This document shows, piece after piece, positions 58,901-64,000 of a DNA stretch of 64,000 bases. Under the pieces are notes generated by a model. That model saw nothing but the letters and a program-made list of their open reading frames with translations, searched no databases and was not told the origin of the DNA. The stretch is from NCBI RefSeq assembly GCF_051903065.1, contig NZ_CP178438.1. One strand, given 5' to 3'. The DNA is from Escherichia coli (lineage in GTDB: Bacteria; Pseudomonadota; Gammaproteobacteria; Enterobacterales; Enterobacteriaceae). Every line of letters starts with the position of its first letter. Within the stretch, counting starts at the first letter, position 1. A program made the translations under genes and the position numbers.

Positions 58901-61686
58901 TTTAACTCAGCAAACTTAGTGTCAGGCTTACGAGATTGCGCCATGAGCAGTGCCTTGGCACTACGCCAATCACTCTTAAACCATGCAAATAATCCCCCTT
59001 GCTGGATAACAGCAACGGCATGCGCGAGCATCTCTTGGGAAGGCAACTGGTCCAATTGATACAAAGTAGATAGACCATCTCTTAAAGGACGCAATGTTTC
59101 GATTTGACACATTAAGTCGCGCAATACTGCATCGATATCATCATCATCAAAAAGAGGATCTCGAACTCTAATAAGCTCAGTCGGTAAAGCACCCAGAATC
59201 GACAACAACTCAGAGCAGAATAGCAATCCAGCTTGCGAATCATCGATATACGAAGCAATACCATCTGGCAAAGCATTTTTGAAATCGTTTAATTGCGCAT
59301 AAATAGATGATAACTCATCATGAATTGATTGGATGGATTCAAGCCACCTGACCAAATCACGTAAAGTGAAATCCTCTGCTGCACCATATTTTTCCAGCTC
59401 TTCACGAGGAAAGTCACACGATTGTCCTTGTTCTAAAAGTCGTAGCTTTTGAGGCTCGATAACCTGGCTCAAGGCCACATAATGACCTTGTAGCAACTCG
59501 AACCTATCTAAATAGTGACGCACCCGTGCAATGGCATCGGGTGAATCTAGCTCACTAAGTGCTGGGAAATGCTCTGAACCACACAACACTGGAAGATTCG
59601 ACTGATCTTCTACCAATTGCTCAATATATTGAAGCGTATTAAGGCTTTCGCCTTCTAACGCCCACTTATCTACATATTCTTGATAGCTATGTTGAAAGTC
59701 GATAATTGATGTCTGCCAAGTTTGTAGCAAATCGACTATACGAGCGCTGTCAAACAATTGAATTTGTGTGTTATTCACACCGCTCCAAGGGTGCTCATAT
59801 ATTTCTGCATTAGCCCCCACCTGCTCACGAACCTCTTTGTAGATGCGGCTAAACTCTACTATTTGGTCACGCAGCCGTAATTGGGTCACTTTATCCAACT
59901 GCTTCCCGGAAAGGTTTTCGATATGAAGTGCTGTTGCATCAATATCTAATTTGTGACGATAACGGGTTGCACCACTCAAAATCTGATGGATCGTTTTGCC
60001 TGTTTGCGCCCATTGGTTATTGATCAATGCGGCATATTCATTGAGCTGCTGCTTAAGATCTTCATAACGCAAAATCTGAGCATCAATCTCTTCCATAGTA
60101 GGCATGGTCGCCTGACTCACCAAGCGAGCATTAATATCATCCAGCACCTTGCGCTTATGAGTTTTATGACTGTGCAACTCTAAGCAAAATTGACCTAGCC
60201 CCGCACGATCCAAGCGACGTTTGACGACCTCCAGTGCAGCCATCTTCTCTGCCACAAACAGGACTTTCTTACCGTTGAGCAGAGCTGCTGCAATCAAGTT
60301 GGTGATCGTTTGTGATTTGCCACTACCAGGAGGGCCCTCAATGACTAAGTTTTGACCACGGATAGCATCGATCAACGCACTGTGCTGCGAGCTATCCGCA
60401 TCATCGATTAGTGGAACCTTGTCATGAATATCAGGGTAACTATCGATGCAGTACTCATGCTGACCGAAGCCACCAGGTAAGCCGGAATTCTCTTGACCAC
60501 AGCTCTGACTGGTGAAAAAGCGACGAATTACTTCATGAGACAATATATTGCGCTTGTCACAAGGCCAGCGGGCAGGATCGAGGTCAAGATACATCATCAT
60601 CTTGCCAAAATTGAGCAAGCTAAGTGCACCATAACGTTTCACAGACCATTTAGGTTTGTGCTGCTCTACAACCTTCTTCACCGAAGCAAAATAAGACTCT
60701 GGAGTTTCCTCTTCATTGAACAAAGGAAGAGCGAGGCCAAAGTCAGCCTGAAGTTTTTCCTTCAAAGAGAGATTGGGCAAAATATCTTCACCCGTGTAAT
60801 AAAGTTGAAACTTGTAAAGACCATCCTTCGGATCTAATTTTCCTCGTTCACATCTCACCGGAATTGTAAATAACGGTGCATAACGTGCCTTTTCAGAGGA
60901 ATCGCTTTCATACCACTCAAGGAACCCTAACGCCAAATACAAGATGTTGGCGCCACTCTCCTCCAAAGCAGTTTGAGCCTTACCATAGATGGCGCGCAAA
61001 CAAGCTTCCAGTTCATTTGGATAAAGCAGAGCCTGTATCCGATTATCGTCATGAGAGGGATTGGAAGAAGATATACTAATCTCATTCCCAGCCTTTGCCT
61101 GTCGTTCAAAATCCTCAAGCCCTTCATAGCCTGCTAAGCAGCACGCCTCCTTCAACGCTGACAAAGCTATACCTTGATTAACGTATTCAGAACGAATCCC
61201 TGTTAATTTTCCATTCTGGCCTTGGGCATATTGCAAGATAAACTGATGGGCTTTTTCCAGCAACTCTCTATCTGAATCAGAAACAACCGTTTTATGGCTA
61301 TCTGGTAAATCAAAATCTGTACGGATTCCTAAGACGTGCGCCCAATCCTTAGCGCTAGGATGAGCTCTTAACTGTATATCTTTACCATCTGGCCCAACTT
61401 TGAGATAGCCATGCTCTAACAGCTGCGCTCTAGTTGGATCGGGCACAGGAGCAAATTCCATCGGGATTTCCGAGCAAAGGGTTTCATAAAGCTGTTCTGG
61501 TAATTCATCAACAATACGTAGTGAAGACCCTTTTTGAGTGATAGGGAAATTCAAAAGTCGATTTCGAGACGTAAGGTCCAATAACTTCTTACGCATAGCC
61601 TCGAGGGAAGTCAGAATAAAATCTGAGCCTCCTTGATTGAGTTCCTCTGCTGTAGAGGTATCTACAGTCGACATAATGTTCTCCAT
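55939..61686 (-). CDS. giant helicase-nuclease (1915 aa): DUF4011-like N-terminus, Upf1-like SF1 helicase with ~940-aa insertion, C-terminal Vsr/DUF559-like nuclease domain
   Basis: LLDLTSRNRLLNF and LALGFLEWYE near N-terminus; Walker A GPPGSGKS (res 451-458, nt 60313..60336); DEAS (res 1391-1394, nt 57505..57516); VVVGDPKQLPP; GDERDVIFIS; GWRRLNVLFTRSKKRMHVF; C-terminal FFIDLA...IECDGAAYHSAKSARDRDRLRQEVLERLGWRISRIW (nt about 56377..56628). Confidence 0.85.
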   Translation of the reverse strand: MENIMSTVDTSTAEELNQGGSDFILTSLEAMRKKLLDLTSRNRLLNFPITQKGSSLRIVDELPEQLYETLCSEIPMEFAPVPDPTRAQLLEHGYLKVGPDGKDIQLRAHPSAKDWAHVLGIRTDFDLPDSHKTVVSDSDRELLEKAHQFILQYAQGQNGKLTGIRSEYVNQGIALSALKEACCLAGYEGLEDFERQAKAGNEISISSSNPSHDDNRIQALLYPNELEACLRAIYGKAQTALEESGANILYLALGFLEWYESDSSEKARYAPLFTIPVRCERGKLDPKDGLYKFQLYYTGEDILPNLSLKEKLQADFGLALPLFNEEETPESYFASVKKVVEQHKPKWSVKRYGALSLLNFGKMMMYLDLDPARWPCDKRNILSHEVIRRFFTSQSCGQENSGLPGGFGQHEYCIDSYPDIHDKVPLIDDADSSQHSALIDAIRGQNLVIEGPPGSGKSQTITNLIAAALLNGKKVLFVAEKMAALEVVKRRLDRAGLGQFCLELHSHKTHKRKVLDDINARLVSQATMPTMEEIDAQILRYEDLKQQLNEYAALINNQWAQTGKTIHQILSGATRYRHKLDIDATALHIENLSGKQLDKVTQLRLRDQIVEFSRIYKEVREQVGANAEIYEHPWSGVNNTQIQLFDSARIVDLLQTWQTSIIDFQHSYQEYVDKWALEGESLNTLQYIEQLVEDQSNLPVLCGSEHFPALSELDSPDAIARVRHYLDRFELLQGHYVALSQVIEPQKLRLLEQGQSCDFPREELEKYGAAEDFTLRDLVRWLESIQSIHDELSSIYAQLNDFKNALPDGIASYIDDSQAGLLFCSELLSILGALPTELIRVRDPLFDDDDIDAVLRDLMCQIETLRPLRDGLSTLYQLDQLPSQEMLAHAVAVIQQGGLFAWFKSDWRSAKALLMAQSRKPDTKFAELKRCSADLLKYSELLQRFEQSDFGNQLGNAFRGLDTDCEQLMLLRDWYKKVRACYGIGFGKRVAIGSGLFNLDGEIIKGVHLIEKSQISSRLMTLVKRVEHEAKLLPRISSLLEEHASWLGEQGVLMQSYRQVRNTLIALQGWFINPDISLEQMTHSSEILQNINDLQISLENDSLQLGAFLQLTPLACGAYKNNQLTLDTINDTLNFAEQLVDKINCVSLATQIRHLASGSDYDLLCRDGGEIVSKWNEQIKNAELYALETKLERSQWLKSTDGSLNTLIERNERAIQQPRWLNGWVNFIRCYEQMHENGLQRIWSAVLAGSLPIEKVELGLALAIHDQLAREVIHIHPELMRVSGSQRNALQKSFKDYDKKLIELQRQRIAAKIACRNIPEGNSGGKKSEYTELALIKNELGKKTRHIPIRQLVNRACNALVAIKPCFMMGPMSAAHYLEPGRMEFDLVVMDEASQVKPEDALGVIARGKQLVVVGDPKQLPPTSFFDRSADGEDDDDAAALSDTDSILDAALPLFPMRRLRWHYRSRHEKLIAYSNRHFYNSDLVIFPSPNAESPEYGIKFTYVSKGRFSNQHNIEEAQAVAEAVLHHAQHRPGESLGVVAMSSKQRDQIERAIDELRRNRPEFNDAIDGLYAMEEPLFVKNLENVQGDERDVIFISFTYGPSEHGGKVYQRFGPINSDVGWRRLNVLFTRSKKRMHVFSSMRSEDVLTSEISKLGVISLKGFLQFAESGKLDSLTTHTGRAPDSDFEVAVMEALNHAGFECEPQVGVAGFFIDLAVKDPGCPGRYLMGIECDGAAYHSAKSARDRDRLRQEVLERLGWRISRIWSTDWFSNPDEVLSPIIRKLHELKTLAPDVVVPSYEYVETIESSAEVASDSIDSLMPNLGLKEQLKYFATHVIEVELPNVDADRRLLRPAMLEALLEHQPLSRSEFVERIPHYLRQATDVYEAQRFLDRVLALIDGAEAEANDAAFESELA

Positions 61687-61860
61687 TTCTTAGGGTCCAC
61701 AAGTAAAACGTTTTATGCTGATGCATCACAAAAAGACCGCAGTAAACTGCTGCAAAGAAGAGGAGATTTTTAGTCTCCCCTTCTTTATCAATCAGATCAT
61801 ACAATCAACTTAACGCCCATTAGTTGATAGCAGCCAAATTTCATAAACAGATTCAATCCG

Positions 61861-63903
61861 TTATTGCTGAATTTGATTGGATAGTAAGACCTGCAACATA
61901 TCTTGTTGATGCACAGCTATCTCATCTTCCAGCCAACGACCTTTATCTTTCATCAGCCGAATCATAGCAAGCAATTTAAGACTATCAGTCTGGTTATTGG
62001 CAAGGCTTGCTTCAAAGTGCTCCTGCTTCTGTTGCGGCTGGAAGTTACTCAAGCGCGAGTTCTTGCTGTGGCTGATAAGGCAAAGGTTGCCAAACGAATG
62101 GAGTGCACTCTGCTCAACCGGTTTATAGCCATCCATCGGATGCTGGGGTGAGAAGTGCTCCACCGAGCTGCGGAAAGTGAACTCAAAGGAGCCAGCAACT
62201 TTGTCGCTATTCCGATCTCGTACCCACAGCAGATAGTCGAGGAAGTTGAAGACAAAGTTGTTCTCGATATGACCGAAGCGAAGTTTGGATGTAATCACCT
62301 TGTGCCAACTCTCATCCACATTGATGGCGGGCAACAGGGCGTTATCAAGGTAGAGCATCTGGTAATAGGAAGCCCCTTCACCAGGCGCCAAAAAGCGCTG
62401 GAAGACAAAGCGGCGAGCCTGACTCTCCAGATAGGACAGATAAGCCCCGGCATCCACCGGTTGATCAGGGTGACAATTGTCGAACAGATATCTCAGTGCA
62501 CCATTCAGCCAATGTTTGTAAACCAGGGTCGGGGTCGACACATGAAACGCCGACAGCAACATCAGGACCCGCCGGTTAACACCAGAGAAACCATTCTCAT
62601 TTTCATCCTTGTCAAAGGTATTGATGTAACTGACGCTCTTTTCCGAATACCAGTGCAGCCGCTTCAGACTCCAACTATCCTTGCCATCGGCAAACTCGCG
62701 CTTGATGATGAACTGATCAAACAGATACTTGCTCTTTAACAGGCCATAGATAAAACGCTGAACTGCCGCTACTGGATCCGGTTGCCTTATCACTCGCAGC
62801 TCAAACTGATCGACCAGTTGTTTATCATCAAGCGGCACCCCCTCCGTATCACCCGGGTCGCGGCTCACGAGTCGCAGCACATGGAGCAAGAAGTTGGAGA
62901 AGTTGATGACGCTGTTAAAGCGCTCGGAGCCTGCGCTCTCCTCCTCCACCGTCTGCTCACCATCAAGCTTGTCATCCTGCAAAATGGCCAACAAGGTGCG
63001 CCCTTGGCTACCGGCAGCTGCACGGCTTTTATCGGCAGCGTCGGCCGTGTTTGGGGATCCTAGCAGATCAAGCAGATGGGCAAAGTCACGGGGCACAAAC
63101 TGACCCCAGTCGCTCTCACCAAACAGACGGTGGCGCTCTTGCGGGGTAAAGCCGTACTGGATATAGCGCTCCATATTGGCGCAGGCATCCCATACCCGGG
63201 TCAGGATATGAATACTTTGGCGACGATGCTCTTCCTCGGGTATCTGGTTCAGCGTCTCCATCAGCCGCGCCTTGATCACTTCATGCTTTTCCAACTGCTC
63301 GCCGCGATTGTTCATCGCCTCGAAGAAGTGATTGAGATCGGTATCCTTGGGTACTTCGATACGAGAGATCTGCACATGCTTGAAGAGGTAGTCGCAAAAG
63401 GTCGTCAGTTTAGCCCCTACCAAACCAAGATCCGCCATTGCCTTGCCAATCAGCTCAAAACCGTTCACCAAACCTTCATTGAAGGTACTCCCCCGCAAAT
63501 CGTAGGGGGCAACACCCTGCCATAAGCGCTCGAAGGTATGGCTCGATATCGGGCGACTCTCAAAAGCGAGGTTGATGGTCTGATACCAGCTCATATCCAC
63601 CGAATCTATCGCGTGATGTTTGAGCCAATTGGCCAGCAGAGAGAGGGTAGTAAAGCGCTGCTGGCCATCGATTACCTCGAAACTGCCATCGTCCCGGGCA
63701 AACACCACCAGGGTGCCGATATAGTAGGTTTGCGGCCCCTTACCACTGACCAATTTTTGCTGATAATCCAGCACATCCTGCAGCAGCTGGGTGATCTCTC
63801 CCTCACCCCAGGCATAGTTGCGCTGGTACATGGGCACCAGATAGCGGGCGCGATCTTCAAGCAGTGCACGAATGGAAAAGGGGCGAACGCCTGCATCATT
63901 CAT
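61861..63903 (-). CDS. DUF262 (ParB-like NTPase/nuclease) + DUF1524 (His-Me finger) protein, GmrSD-like putative type IV restriction enzyme
   Basis: N-terminal [16 protein letters not shown] and [12 protein letters not shown] (res 79-83); C-terminal [12 protein letters not shown]...[18 protein letters not shown]. Confidence 0.85.
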   Translation of the reverse strand: MNDAGVRPFSIRALLEDRARYLVPMYQRNYAWGEGEITQLLQDVLDYQQKLVSGKGPQTYYIGTLVVFARDDGSFEVIDGQQRFTTLSLLANWLKHHAIDSVDMSWYQTINLAFESRPISSHTFERLWQGVAPYDLRGSTFNEGLVNGFELIGKAMADLGLVGAKLTTFCDYLFKHVQISRIEVPKDTDLNHFFEAMNNRGEQLEKHEVIKARLMETLNQIPEEEHRRQSIHILTRVWDACANMERYIQYGFTPQERHRLFGESDWGQFVPRDFAHLLDLLGSPNTADAADKSRAAAGSQGRTLLAILQDDKLDGEQTVEEESAGSERFNSVINFSNFLLHVLRLVSRDPGDTEGVPLDDKQLVDQFELRVIRQPDPVAAVQRFIYGLLKSKYLFDQFIIKREFADGKDSWSLKRLHWYSEKSVSYINTFDKDENENGFSGVNRRVLMLLSAFHVSTPTLVYKHWLNGALRYLFDNCHPDQPVDAGAYLSYLESQARRFVFQRFLAPGEGASYYQMLYLDNALLPAINVDESWHKVITSKLRFGHIENNFVFNFLDYLLWVRDRNSDKVAGSFEFTFRSSVEHFSPQHPMDGYKPVEQSALHSFGNLCLISHSKNSRLSNFQPQQKQEHFEASLANNQTDSLKLLAMIRLMKDKGRWLEDEIAVHQQDMLQVLLSNQIQQ

Positions 63904-64000
63904 AATATTTCATCTCCCGAAACAGCCCGACCAGCTCATCTTCGGCACCATTGCGATTGTTCTTGTTCTCTCGACTGCTCATGCTAGGCAAAGGGAAGCC
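63896..64000 (-). CDS. 3' end of an upstream ORF running off the window (partial)
   Basis: minus-strand frame open from 64000 to TGA at 63898..63896 (...[28 protein letters not shown]); ATGAATGA overlap with the DUF262 start. Confidence 0.4.
   Translation of the reverse strand, partial: GFPLPSMSSRENKNNRNGAEDELVGLFREMKYYE

Noticed and set aside
55939-61686. Type I restriction HsdR or RecB-like helicase-nuclease
   Set aside because: Motif pattern (GDPKQLPP motif III, RRLNV...TR motif VI, DUF4011-like N-terminus) fits Upf1-like SF1B, not SF2 HsdR or UvrD-like RecB; no adjacent hsdM/hsdS
63538-63987. 149-aa plus-strand ORF at window end
   Set aside because: Overlaps the DUF262 gene start and the upstream minus-strand ORF; judged a shadow ORF

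Overview
This window reads as an Escherichia coli chromosomal segment, syntenic with the K-12 region from pykA through yecA, with a horizontally acquired island at its right end (about 53.2-64.0 kb). The core part runs pykA(partial)-lpxM-mepM-znuA / znuCB-ruvBA-yebB-ruvC-yebC-nudB-aspS-yecDEN-cmoAB-torZY-cutC-yecM-argS-yecT-flhEAB-cheZYBR-tap-tar-cheWA-motBA-flhCD-uspC-otsAB-araHGF-ftnB-yecJ-azuC-yecR-ftnA-yecH-tyrP-yecA. All gene identities are from reading the translated ORFs against remembered protein sequences; no database search was run. Where K-12 has the leuZ tRNA next to yecA, this sequence instead has two diverged ~175-bp direct repeats (each a terminator plus a 56-nt tRNA-Leu(UAA) 3' fragment) bracketing accessory DNA. 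Module 1 (53.35-55.54 kb) is decayed: an Mrr-like restriction-endonuclease pseudogene, an IS1 copy with no target-site duplication, and an orphan ORF fragment. Module 2 (55.66 kb to beyond the window) carries the main candidate: a 1915-aa protein combining a DUF4011-like N-terminus, an Upf1-like SF1 helicase core split by a ~940-residue insertion, and a C-terminal Vsr/DUF559-like nuclease domain. Next to it is a 680-aa DUF262/DUF1524 (GmrSD-like) putative modification-dependent nuclease, and a further ORF whose stop overlaps its start runs off the window edge. I regard this helicase-nuclease / GmrSD-like cluster as the candidate defence locus; the helicase architecture resembles what I recall of Hhe-type proteins, which needs HMM confirmation. 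The leuZ attribution of the tRNA fragments also rests on memory of the tRNA sequence.
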